This document shows positions 27,094 through 39,362 of a stretch of DNA of 64,000 bases, piece after piece. The notes beneath the pieces were generated by a model. The model was not told where the DNA came from and made no database searches. It saw only the letters and a program-made list of their open reading frames with translations. Position numbers and translations under genes: made by a program. The stretch covers positions 57,722,001-57,786,000 of the forward strand of contig CM060733.1 of the NCBI GenBank assembly GCA_030704615.1, given 5' to 3'. The DNA comes from Takakia lepidozioides. Its lineage: Eukaryota > Plantae > Bryophyta. Positions within the stretch are counted from its first letter, which is position 1. Each line of letters starts with the position of its first letter.

Positions 27094-30000
27094 GTTTGCT
27101 TTTGATTCCCTTGCCAAAGGTGCACGAGATGTTGTCTTGGCATTACAAGGAGTCCATGAGACCGGTCACAAGAGTGCACAAGAAGACATTGCTCAGCAGA
27201 CCGACCCATTGCAACAAACCGAGTATGGACAGCAGACTGTGTCAGTGCAACAGACCATGCAACAGACGGACCCAGTACAACAGACCGTGCAACAGACTGA
27301 CCCAGTGTAGCAGACTCAGCCAGTGGAACAGACTGTCCAGAGTATCTTAGCAACAGTCCAGCAGGCTGGGCGCACTACAGAGGAGACTGACAACATGAAG
27401 ACTGATGACCAGACTGTACCCCAGAACGTCCAGTGTACTGCCCACGACGCTGTCTACCAGACCGTCCATGGGACTGCGACGAGGCTGTGCACCAGACCGT
27501 CCAGCGGACTGATGAGCAGACCTGACATGGCACTGTTGACCTGGCTGTGCAATAGACCGTCCTGCAGGCAGAGACTACTCCGCACATTGAGGAGACTGTA
27601 TAGCAAATGGCCTGCACACTGACCCATCAACACTTCCTATCCACCAGTCTGGTTCAGGCTCGTTTCAACAGAGTCGGTTGGAGTGGCCTTGACAGGCCTG
27701 GGTGTCTGAATTTATCCGAAGTTCTATGAGGCAATTGACAGAGCCTAGTTTTGCCCCAGAGCCATCTACACACTTTGGCGCATCGATTGAAGATATAAAC
27801 CAGTCACCGGTTAATCAATCCTCGCCAGTAGCCCATGGCCTACCATCTATTTCCATTCAATTGAGCCCGATTTTAGTTTGTTCACTGGCAAAAGTCTTAG
27901 ATGATTTTTACATGAGCAAGCGTAATTTCAGAACTCAAACCCATATCATTGACCTTATTGAAGAACCAGAGGACGTACTTACGGTAGATGTCTAGATGCC
28001 AGGGCAGTAGACTGTCCAGACAGCAGACTGCCCAGACCAAGGCACAACAGACTGTCCAGATGCCGGGGCTGTTGCTCTTCTGCCAATGTTGACTTGGTCT
28101 TTTATGAAGATTCACGCGGACGGGCCACGTGAAAGGCTAGTGGAGAATTTGCATGGAAACTGGAGCATCCCTCGGCTGGGCAAAGACATAAAAGACTGCC
28201 ATCATATCATGGTTGCGCTTGTGGATGAGTAAGATCTCTACCTTACTGAGTCTGTTTGGTCTGGCCAATGTGCTGAGTCTTTGGAATCTTTGCAGTGTGT
28301 TGATTGCGAATGTGGTCTGAGTCCAGTGAGGCTGGTCAATATGTGCAGTTTGGTCCGTCTGCTCAGTTTGGCGAGTTTGCGCTGTCAGTCCGCTCGGCCA
28401 GTCTGCTCTGTCAGTCTGATTGGCCACTGTGCTCTGTCAGTCTGCTCGGCCAGTCTGCTTTGTCAGTCTGATCGGCCACTCTCCTCGGTCAGTCTGCTCT
28501 GCCACTCTGGACAGTCTGCTCAGTCTGGTGAGACCCGCGGGTCCGCAGAGTTTGGTCCGCCAGGTGAGTCTGCTAAGTGTACTGGATGAGTATGCTGAGT
28601 ATAGTAACCATGACCATTATAAAATTGCAGGGGGCACTAGAGTTTGATTGTCATCAACCTGCGGAAAGGCGCATACACTCATATGAACTCCAAGAAGGAT
28701 TTGCATCGTTGCCCATTTGTTTTTCCATGGATACGGAAGCTACATGTAGAGTGTTTGGGCTATGAGGTCGACACACCGCAATGGGAGGAGGTTATGGCGT
28801 TTCAGTTGAACTAGCCGGAAGTCCACCAACAGCCATTCAGCTGGGAATGTGGGTTTTACGTCATGTCATTCATCCAAGGATATTACGAATGGCTTCAAAG
28901 TGGCCATACTCGTACGTCTCCTAAAAAGCCAGAGAGAGAAGTCCCTTTTACGCACTTGGTTTACTTTCAAGTTTGCACTTGGGCAACGTCTGCAGTGTGT
29001 TAAGTACATCTTGAATGGTTTGGGCACTGCTGATAAAGCACTTTCTTGACAAATAGGAGGCACACCATAGGATGCATTTGTCATATACGTATGCTTCCCA
29101 GCATTTGTAACAAAATAAAAGATGATGTTGCCTTTCGTGAATGATGAGTACAATTTCGGACGTGTTCATCGGTCTGCTTATGCGCAATTATCTCATTCGT
29201 CTATTTAACATACCATAGGAGTCCAGTGCTCAGCAGACTGTCTCCAGTCAGCAGACTGCCATTCTGTCACAGACTCAGCAGACTGCCAGATACTCACCAC
29301 ATACCAGACTATATTCTGTGAGTTTGATTATGGGCAGACGGTCGACAGTCCGACAGACTGGCAGACTACATGAAGATTGTACTCTGGGTAATGGCATGTT
29401 TTGTTATAAGGTCAATTCTGGACCATGTTCAGTAGACTATCTCCATTAGACCTGACCTTCCCATTTAATACTCGACATGTACAGTTTTCCCAGGAAAGTA
29501 ACAAACGCGCACTGGTCAGTCTGTTCATCAGACTACAAGGGATGGAATTGTGAGCATAAGTTTGCCGCGTTTGTTGATGAGTGTGCTGGTCGCCTTCCGC
29601 AGTTGAGGAGTCTGCTGGGAGACGTACAGGTTGAACCCGTCCGTTGGTCCACTTAGTCTGCTCGACGGTCCGCAGGAGTCCATGAGTCCTTTTTATGGAC
29701 TGATCGGGGACCGAGTCTGTTCGTCCGTCTGCTGGGATAGGCAGTCTATTCAGCCGACCGAAGGGAGACTGCCATGAGTGGACTACTGCTGATGTGGTAT
29801 GTCCATTAATCAGTGGACATCGCATGCCAGCACACTAAAGGACTTTTATTTCACAAGAGAGAATGATAGCATAGCAATTGCTACATTATATTGTTTTTTT
29901 TGTGACGGAGAAACGATCTAAAACCTTGCGAATTTTGTCGTATATTTGTGATGCAAGTGTAGGGGCACACATCTTTTTGGTAGTCCTCCTTAAAATTCTA

Positions 30001-30502
30001 GGCCGCGTTTTCCACGCCTCCACAAAATCCCGTTTCCTTTTCAAGGACATGTTGTTATGGTCATTCACAAGACGGAAAGCCTTTGCTGCCGCAGGGTGCA
30101 ACATTCCCGGAGCACTTTTGGCCATAATATCAACGAGTTGACCTCTACAGATACGAAGACAGGAAAAGACATGTGCCTCCAGGTATTTGTCATCACCCAC
30201 AATCCGAAGTATATATGTGAATTCTTGCTCCGCAGATGCCTTCATATCAGCTGACCCTCGTCGTACGGAAAGTCGTCCGGAGCCTGTATGCCTGTTGCAT
30301 TTCTGGAATCCTCATCATCGGCTGTACTGCCCAACATCAAGTTCTGTAATCCTCCATGAGTGGTTCCCAACGAGGTGCCACAAGCGCGCACGATGAGGCC
30401 ATCCTGCAGGTCAGGGTGAAGTAGCTTGAGAACTCGAACTTGATGCTTACATAAGTTTCCCTTCATTGCCCACGGGCACGTGTAACAAGCCCAGGATTGT
30501 AA
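27094..30502 (-). mobile_element. Degenerate MULE-like host element with SWIM zinc finger (continues into ~5040-7320)
   Basis: SWACYTCPWAMKGNLCKHQ (SWIM) at ~30440-30500. Shared CAGACT-rich microrepeats at 6390-6620, 27200-27600 and 28340-28580. A reading frame runs across the empty CACTA-A site (..RESKQ/TARARPHRTFLKQVGFKR). Confidence 0.6.
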
Positions 30503-33500
30503 CACTACAACAGATGAGCGTTTTTATGACTGCACATATGACTATTTTTTCAGTCTTATATGCGTTCATGACTACATCACTCTGTAGTGAAAAAAGCCAT
30601 GTCATAGCGACTAGTATTTAGGACTGCATTTTGCAAGTCATAGCCGTGACTGCGTGCGTGGCACCTGGAGTCATGCATAAGAGAGTGATGTAGTTACAAC
30701 TCTATGACTTACATACGACTAACTATATGACTACATTGTCTGATGAGCGTTGCCTACATGGAGAGGCTTTAGAGGAACACGTGCACCATTGCGCAAGCGA
30801 CACGTCACGACACCTGTTGCACTTCAGATGTGACATGTGGCACTTAGACATAATATATGACTAGCATATATGGCAGGGTTTATGCCACGTGTCATCAAGA
30901 ATGTCTCTGAAAATAATTTAATAGTTATATTTGTAATTTTAAATTCTTAAATTTATATTTTATTTTTGAAAACAGAGGATAGTAGCTTGGAAAATTTTAT
31001 TAAATGGTATTATTGTTTAATTTAATAATTTTATATAAAAATAAAAATAGATTAAATGATTTAAATTCTTCATTACATGGTGAAATTCTGATATAAAAAC
31101 AGAATGGACCCCTCTTACATACTAGCAACCACAAGAACATTCAAAATAGACAAGTACAGGGGAATACACGCCCTATAAATTATATTACAAAAATCCAAAT
31201 GAGACCAATGTCCCAATGGACACCTTAGAGGCCACAAGGTCCAAAAATCCATGCCTGAAAAGGTCCAGTAAGCAAAAAATAAGCAAGCCCACACATGGGC
31301 TGAATTGTTGTAATACTAGTTTGTTCTGGTGCTACTAGAATCAAGGACCCTGTTAACAGTGCAATACTTACGGCCGATTTGATAAGAGGGAAAAACAGGG
31401 TGAAATGTGTTGAAGAAGGTGCCTTGATTAACAGTGCCTGATTTGATCAATTGTGCCGCTGCTGCTGCGGCTTCCAGTTGACCATCTACCCATGCAGGTT
31501 TCTTGTACCTATCCTTCCACAGGGAATCATAGGTAATACGGAGCTTGAAATCCGGCCCTCTTGGATGAATCTGGACCCACACATCTATCCAGGCTCCTTC
31601 AGCTATCCATGCCCCTGCACAAATCATGCATACATCCTCGCCTTGCTGCTAGCAGCTGACAAATGACAGCCTAGAATTGCTTGAGCAAACATCCCAACCC
31701 TACTTATCACACTAGTTCCTATGCTGACTTGCGTCTGCTTCCAACAGGCATTCACCTTTTGCCTCGATTGTTCCACCATTGACTGAGGTCGGGAACGTAT
31801 TCATCCTAGAGCTTCTCCTCGAGTCTCTGTTATCTATTTTTCGATACTTTCCTGTCGACCACATAGGCAGTAACATGTCAAAATCACTCCAAAACTACCA
31901 TAGATCCACCAACGAGCTAACTTGCAGAATTCAACATTAAAATTTAAGGACGACTCTGATAGCAGGGGAAAACAAGGTGAAATATGTTGAAGAAGGTACC
32001 TTCATTAGCAGCACCTTGTTTTATGAATTGTGCTGCTACCGCTGCTGTTTCCAGTTGACCATCTACCCACTTGTAGCCGCTGTGAGCTATTGAAGAAGGT
32101 GCCCCCTTCCCCCATCATTTGATCATAGGTCTCCATACCATGTCCCTGCTCTGCATACCCTGCAAGCATCGCGTTCCATGACACCACATCTCGTTCAGCC
32201 ATAGTGTTGAAAACTCCCTTCGCATCCTTAATGCACCCACATTTCGCATACATGTCCACCAGGGCAGTGTTCAGAATGACATCTGCTACAATTCCAGCTT
32301 TGATGATGTCACCATGGATCTCTTTCCCCTTTTCTAGAGGTCCCAATCTTGCACACGCATTGCAAACACAAACAAACGTGATGTGGTTGGGCTTCACCCC
32401 TTCGCGCAACATTTGCTCATAGGTCTCCAAAGCATTCCTACCACACCCATGCTTGGTAAATCCTGCCAACATTATATTCCACGTGATCAAAGATCATTGA
32501 GACATTCTGTTGAAAACTTCGTGAGCATGCATGCATGATGCTCCTGCACTTAACATACATGTTTGCTCCTGCACCCACATTTTGCATACATGTCCACCAA
32601 GGGTATTGTTCAAAATGACATTTGGTACAATTCCAGCCCTGATGATGTCGCCATGGACCTCTTTGCAAGCCCTTTTCCAGAGCTGCCATGGCTGTGTTTA
32701 TAATGACATTTGGTACAATTCCAGCTTTGATGATGTCACCATTCACCTCTTTGCCCTTTTCCAGGGCTGCCAAGCCTCCATCCCGCGCCCCTGTTGTGCA
32801 TTCACTGTGAGCATCGCACTCCACGACACCACATTTCGTTCAGCCCTATTGTTGATCACTCCCTTTGCATCCTTGATGCTCCCACATTTGGCATACAAGT
32901 CCACCAGGGCAGTGTTCAGGATCACATCTGGTATGATTCCAGCTCTGACGATGTCGCCATGCACCTCTTTGCCCTTTTCCAGGGCTGCCAGGCTTGCACA
33001 CGCACTACAAACGCACACAAACGTGATGTGGTCGAGCTTCATCCCTTCGCACATCATTTGCTCATACGTCTCCAAAGCCTCCATCCCGTGCCCCTGCTGT
33101 GTATACCCTGCGAGCATCGCACTCCACGACACCACATTTCGTTCAGCCATATTGTTGAACACTCCCTTTGCATCCTCGATGCTCCCACATTTGGCATACA
33201 AGTCCACTAGGGCAGTGTTCAGGATCACATCTGGTATGATTCCAGCTCTGTCGATGTCACCATGCACCTCTTTGCCCTTTTCCAGGGCTGCCAGGCTTGC
33301 ACACGCACTGCAAACGCACACAAACGTGATGTGGTCGGGCTTCATCCCTTCACACATCATTTGCTCATACGTCTCCAAAGCCTCCATCCTGCGCCCCTGC
33401 TGTGTATACCCTGCGAGCATCTCACTCCACGACACCACATTTCGTTCAGCCATATTGTTGAACACTCCCTTTGCATCCTTGATGCTCCCACATTTGGCGT

Positions 33501-34600
33501 ACATGTCCACCATGGCAGTGTTCAAGATCACATCTGGTACGATTCTAGCTCTGACGATGTCACCATGCACCTCTTTGCCCTTTTCCAGGGCTGCCAAGCT
33601 TGCACACGCACTCCAAACGCACACAAACGTGATGTGGTCGGGCTTCACCCCTTCCCCCATCATTTGCTCATAGGTCTCCAAAGCATTCCTACCACATCCA
33701 TGCTTGGTAAATCCTCCCAACATTATATTCCACGTGATCAAAGATCATTGAGGCATTCTGTTGAACACTTGGTGAGCATCCATGATGCTCCCGCACTTAA
33801 CATACATGTTGACAAGGGTGTTGAGGAGAAAAACATTTGGCGTGAATCCACTTTGGATAATGTGAGTTTGCACCTGCTTTTCAGTTTTCAGGCCTTTCAC
33901 CTTGATGCACTTATGCAAGAGACAGACATACGTATCTGAATCTGCTAAAATGCCTCCTTGGTTTAAAGTCTGTAGACTCTAGAGCCTCTATCAGTCTGCC
34001 TGCCTCACAAAGCATCTTCACATGCCCATAAGTGCCAGAAGAGACATTGTGGACTCCCTCTCTTGATCCGCTTCCAGAAGCTGTGGTCACGGTTGAGGTG
34101 CCTGGTTTTATCAACTGTGCCGCTGCAGCTGCTGCCTTCAGTTGACCATCTACCCATGCAGGTTTCTTGTGGCTATTGATCCACAGGGAATCATAGGTAA
34201 TTTTGTGCTTGAAATCTGGCCCTCTTGGAAGAATCTGTACCCACTCTCTATCCCTGCTTCTTCAGCTATCCATGCGTCTGCACAAATCATGCATTCATCC
34301 TTGCCTTGCTGCTAGCAGCTGACAATAACAGCCTAGACACCCAACTCAGCTTATGACCCTAGTTCCTATGTTGAATTGCGTCGTTACTCTCTATAATCTA
34401 ACAGACATTCACCTTTTTGCCTCGATTGTCTCACCGTTAACTGGGGTCACAAAAGTATCCATTCCACAGCTTCTCCTCATCTCTGTTACATACTTTCCTG
34501 TTATCACATTGGCAGTATCATGTCAAACTCGCTGCAAACTAGATTCACTCAACCAGCTAACTTGCAGAATTCAACATGGAAATTTAGGGCCGATTCTGTG
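30503..34600. mobile_element. Pack-CACTA element C (left end only; right end not found)
   Basis: CACTACAACAGATGAGCG at 30503 truncates the SWIM ORF. A TGAC-rich subterminal region and AT-rich tract precede PPR cargo, as in elements A and B. Right boundary is approximate. Confidence 0.75.
32100..34408 (-). pseudogene. PLS-class PPR pseudogene with three near-identical 303-bp PLS triplets
   Basis: ORF 32743-33741 (332 aa) of L-S-P triplets. Upstream motifs carry an in-frame TGA (probable CGA>TGA). No E/DYW domain. Confidence 0.9.
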
Positions 34601-35844
34601 ATTGGAAAGAGAACCCAGAGGGATGGAATGGAAGCAGCAGCATGGGTGTGTCTCTGATGCATCAACAGACAGCGGTCAGACCAAGTTCTATGACCCAAAC
34701 CCAGAGTGAGCACAATGGCTTTGTAAGGCCAATGCCTACATGGCATATTCAATACTACAATGAGGATACGCAAGCAACATATACCATGTGCAAATCAAAA
34801 AACAACAAAGGTGGTGAAGGTGCGCAACCTGCCAAAGAGAGGGCGGAGCTGAGGAAGGATGAAGCAATTACAGACATTGGGAAATGCTCTGATGCGGGTA
34901 GAAGGGAAGACCCAGGCCTTGTCGGGGTTCAGCTGGCAGAAGAACAAGCTGCTGACAGCAACAACATGGAAGCAGAGTGGATACACGTTGATTTTGACAA
35001 ACCTGAGTCCATCAGACAAGGCATCAGAAGGCCCAAACAAAGAACATTGTGCAAAATCTGTAATAACATGAGACACAGTCGTCACACATTAACCCTACAT
35101 GGGTCTTTGGCAAACTTTCAGCAAAGCTGAAACAATCACAAAAGCAAAAAAAGGGGCAGGACCTCAAGGGAAGATGTATGGAGTACCTTTTGCAGTGATC
35201 AATGAGTACGTGGAAGGAGGAGCTTACCCACTGCCAAGCACGGAATACATGATGCAACCAACAGCACAAGTATCATGTCAGTTCACTCATAATGAGCTGG
35301 AGGCACTGGATGAGTTGGAGGAGATATACCATATAAGTGATCACACTCCAATAAGACTACAACAACACCCCACATCAACATGTTGACACGGGGAAGTGCA
35401 AAGAAGGCCAAAATAGGGGATGGGATGCCTATTCTGTAGAAATCCAGCCAAGACATCAAGGATTTAGGGCAAAAACATGGATTTGGTGAAGAAGAATGCA
35501 TTGGCATGGACAACATCTACAGCTCAGCAGGGTTTGAGCGCCAACTAGAGATATTCATGGGAGAGGGTGACAATCCTACCTTGCCATATTTGCAGGCAGT
35601 TACTGCTAATGTGAGCTTCTTTCATGTTTTCACTGTAGGGCATTGAGGGCTGGATTTTGATGGCCAAACATAACCTAGTGAATGAATAATTCTTCAAAGT
35701 GCATATATGACGAAATTCTTTAGAGGATGACACCAATGCCGAGTAATTTTTTGTTCCCACGAGTGAATAAGAGTGAAGTATAGTTGAAGTCCAAAGGAAA
35801 TAACATTAAGTTATTGTAGTGACATCCCACATCCTACAGAAATG

Positions 35845-38319
35845 ACTAGCCCACTCCTTTGCTGACAGGTTTATTCGCCCTCCCACTTGGTTAGGCGTTT
35901 CCGACACCCATAACACTTCGCCACCATTCCCACATGGTAGTGTGACTATTCTCTTGCGGCCATCTATGACCGCTCCGGATTTGCTCAAAAAGGTCATCCC
36001 CAAAATGAGATTCACTCCATCGATCTCGCAAATGGTGAAGTTCTCACGTCTCTCCCAACTCCCAAGCTGAAGAGGAACATCGAACGTCAACCTCGTCACC
36101 AATTGTGGTTCTCCTTTGGCAGAACACACTTCAATAGAGGCCCCCACGTCACTTGTCGGGAGCCCCAGCTTCCGTGCCGTTGCCGGTGTCATGAAGGAGT
36201 GCAACGCTCCTGTGTCCATCGACAACGACACGTTAGTTCTGGAAATTATCCCACTCATGAACATTAACTGACTCCATTTACGAAAGGGGCCAGTCTCCTG
36301 ATACAACTCACAAGAGCAAGTCTTGGCAACCACCGCTTCTACCAAGCGGCTGATGGAATCTTCGGACAGCTCCGTGGTCGCCCGAGTCATGTTCAATTGA
36401 CGGGGCTTCGCGCACTTCTTAGCCATGTGCCCGGGCTCCCCGCAATTAAAGCACTCTCCATCGAAGGTCGCCTTTTGTCCGCCATAAGCCGCCGCACCTT
36501 ATTTTCCTTTCGGGGCACCGAGTGCCGCTTTGACATGTAAAGGCCTTCCCTTTGATTTCCATGTGCCATTGTCGCCGCGTGGCCTATCCCACTTCTTTTC
36601 CGGTCGGAAGGAGTCACCCTACCGCCGGATCTTCTTGTGATTCAGTTCCGTACGACCTTGTTTTTCGCCCTTAGGGACATCCGAGAAACATTCAGCCCTT
36701 TCAATTGCCTCGTTCAAAGTCTTAGGTGGCTTCTCCTCCAACTTTCGCCTGGCCTATGGGGCCAGCCCCGCCACAAAGTTGAAGACCATTTCTGGTTCCG
36801 CCATATCCGCGACTTTGAGCAACATCACATTGAAAGCCTAAACATATCCCTGAATGTCATCCGTTTGATTCTATCAAGTAGACAAATTCCATGACAGTTG
36901 AATTGGTTGACCAGGACACACCACTATGTTTCAGTCAAATTCCTCATCTTGTCTCGGGCGAGCCAGGACACCTTGAGGGGTACAAACTGTCTTTTCATAA
37001 ATTCCTTGAACCCACTCCAACTCAAGGTTTCTGGGTTTGGACCTTGGTCATGAAGGCATTTCTGCTACCATTGTTGAGCATAGCCCCTCAAATAGGTGGG
37101 AGCCACTTCCACCCGATCCTCGTCACTCAATTTGGCCGCTCGGAAGTACTGCTCTAGCTCCAAGAGCCAGTTGTTGAGTGCCTTCCGATTTCGGACGCCC
37201 TCGAAGGTGTCGGGTTCCTTAGGCTTCACCTTAAACTTTGCCTTAGTGGAAGGTGCATTAGCCGCCTTCAACACGTCTTTCAACGTCCTGCCAAACTGCG
37301 CCAACAACCCTTCCCAAAATGTTGTTGGCATAGGAGACATCTGTTGGTCTGGCGGAGCCTCTGGGAAGTTCTCGGGCTCCGACTCCCCAGATTCTTCCCG
37401 TTCTTGAGCGGCCTCACTTTCACAAGCATAAATCGCCTCTTCCAATTGTCGCTTTGGTGACACGTTGACCCCATCGGGCTCACCAGGATCATCATCTTTC
37501 GGGCCATTCCGCTTTCGCTTTGTCTTGCCCGACCCCATGATGAGACCAATCTCAAGGACAATCGCGTACTGAACTCTAAGCTCTGATACCAAGTGTTGTG
37601 CACCCCACTTCGGTAAGCTCCCCCTTCAAGTCATAGTTACTCGCTTTGATGCGCGCGCCTAACTCCCAAACTGGCCGCCGGGCCAACTCGGAGCTTCGGC
37701 TGCTTACCGGGACATAACGGTCCCCCTTTGCTCCTCCACAAGACCCTCTCTCAATTTGGGCCTAGTGGAAATTCCCTTTGGTTGTTGGCAGTCCGGAACA
37801 GCTCCCCACACCTTGATCGCTTTCCGGCTCGCACACTTACTCACTAGTTTTTGGTCACCAACGGGCTTGCACCGTTCTCGGGGTTACTACTCCCTATATA
37901 TACTTCTGTGACTGTTCGCGGGGTTTCACAAACAACCCAATCATTTTATGGCGAACCACCACGAAAACCCTCGATTCCCGGTGATGAGTAGCGGTGAGTC
38001 TTGGCCCACCCACCACGGCCCCATTGGACCGTGATGAGTCCCAAGACTCCCCACGATTCCCACCACAAAGGTCTCCGCCCCATGGTGAGTCCTATGCCAC
38101 CCCCACTAAGACCCACTAAGCTACCACCACTCTTAGTGGACCCACCCCCACCGCAACTCGGTGTGTGGGGCTCCACCTAGTGAGTGCCTCCGCCTCCTTG
38201 AGTGCTTTGGGCACTCAAGGGTGCTTTAGCCCCGTACCTATTGTTGCCACTGCCCCCACCACAAGGGCAGCCCCTCTTGTGTCCCGACCTCCCTGCCCTC
38301 AAGTTAAAGGGCCGCGACA
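35845..38319 (-). mobile_element. Truncated second copy of the same Gypsy family (5' LTR 37594-38319, PBS, gag, protease)
   Basis: LTR TG...CA homologous to 25209-25935. PBS TGGTATCAGAGC at ~37580-37591. gag/PR collinear with 23510-25200. RT onward is missing. Confidence 0.92.
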
Positions 38320-39362
38320 AATCGCTTGGCCGACACAGGATATTGTTTGGCACTCAACCACGATTGAAGCGTACCTCTTTGAGAGCTCCTGTTGCCTGCA
38401 ACCAAGCCCATACACAGATCCAAGCCTACTGACCCGGCCCAACTTTCAAACCCATGGATATCATCCAAATAACACACTCCACATTCATCCAAGGGGTAAC
38501 GACTCTTTTGCCCTATCCCTTTCATCCCCATTCACACCAAGAAACGAAATAGAAATGTATAATAAAAAAAATGCAAAAAAATTAAAAATTAAAATATTGG
38601 TAATAAAAATAATTCTCATATGTTGAGAGTTCGTATGTTCATAATACATAAACTGAAACCCAACAATATTACATATATACATACACTACTACGCCCAAAC
38701 ATACTACAAGCGCCTCGTATATACTGGATAATACCAAGCCCCCAAACCATTCGTGGCCATACGAAACCTAGCGCACCAACCCCAATACAAAATATGATTA
38801 ATCATCCCCCAAAGACGGCAAAAGCTTGAGGCCCTGCCGCAATTACTCTAAAGCTAGAACCACGCCAAATAATACCACAACCAACCATATGTTACACTCA
38901 CCCCTTCACAACTATTCAGCTGTACGATTCAGGAACGAATATTCTATAGCCGTTGTGACATGCAAAAATATAGCTCTCAGCAGCATAAAACAACCCACAC
39001 ATTCCCTACCACTATTCTCAATGAACAACAACAACTCCCAACTATCCCAAAAGGTAGAACAAATACTGATCATCCCATCTCCAAACAAGTTAAACGAAAA
39101 TTACAAAAATGGATGCACAACTATACAACTACACAATTATATATACTACTCATACGATGTGGAGATATTCACCCCAACCCAGGCCCTACAAACCGACATT
39201 GCTGCATAACACCACTAGTTATTAACCCAATCATAAATGTTGTCCATATAGCGGACCCCATTCAAAACATTGTTAAACGCATATCCAAAGCGGCCAAAAC
39301 AAGATATGGCATATACTTTTACCCCTCTACAATTACGTTAAAATTACAGTATAAACACCTTC

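Noticed and set aside
32531-33939. Plus-strand 380-aa and 225-aa ORFs as genes
   Set aside because: They are antisense shadows of the minus-strand PPR repeats.
35805-35824. TTGTAGTG as the right end of CACTA-C
   Set aside because: Match is limited to CACTACAA, there are no subterminal repeats, and the flank ACA does not match the left TAA.
34600-35845. Assignable gene or transposon
   Set aside because: Looks like degenerate coding sequence, but no motif was recognised.
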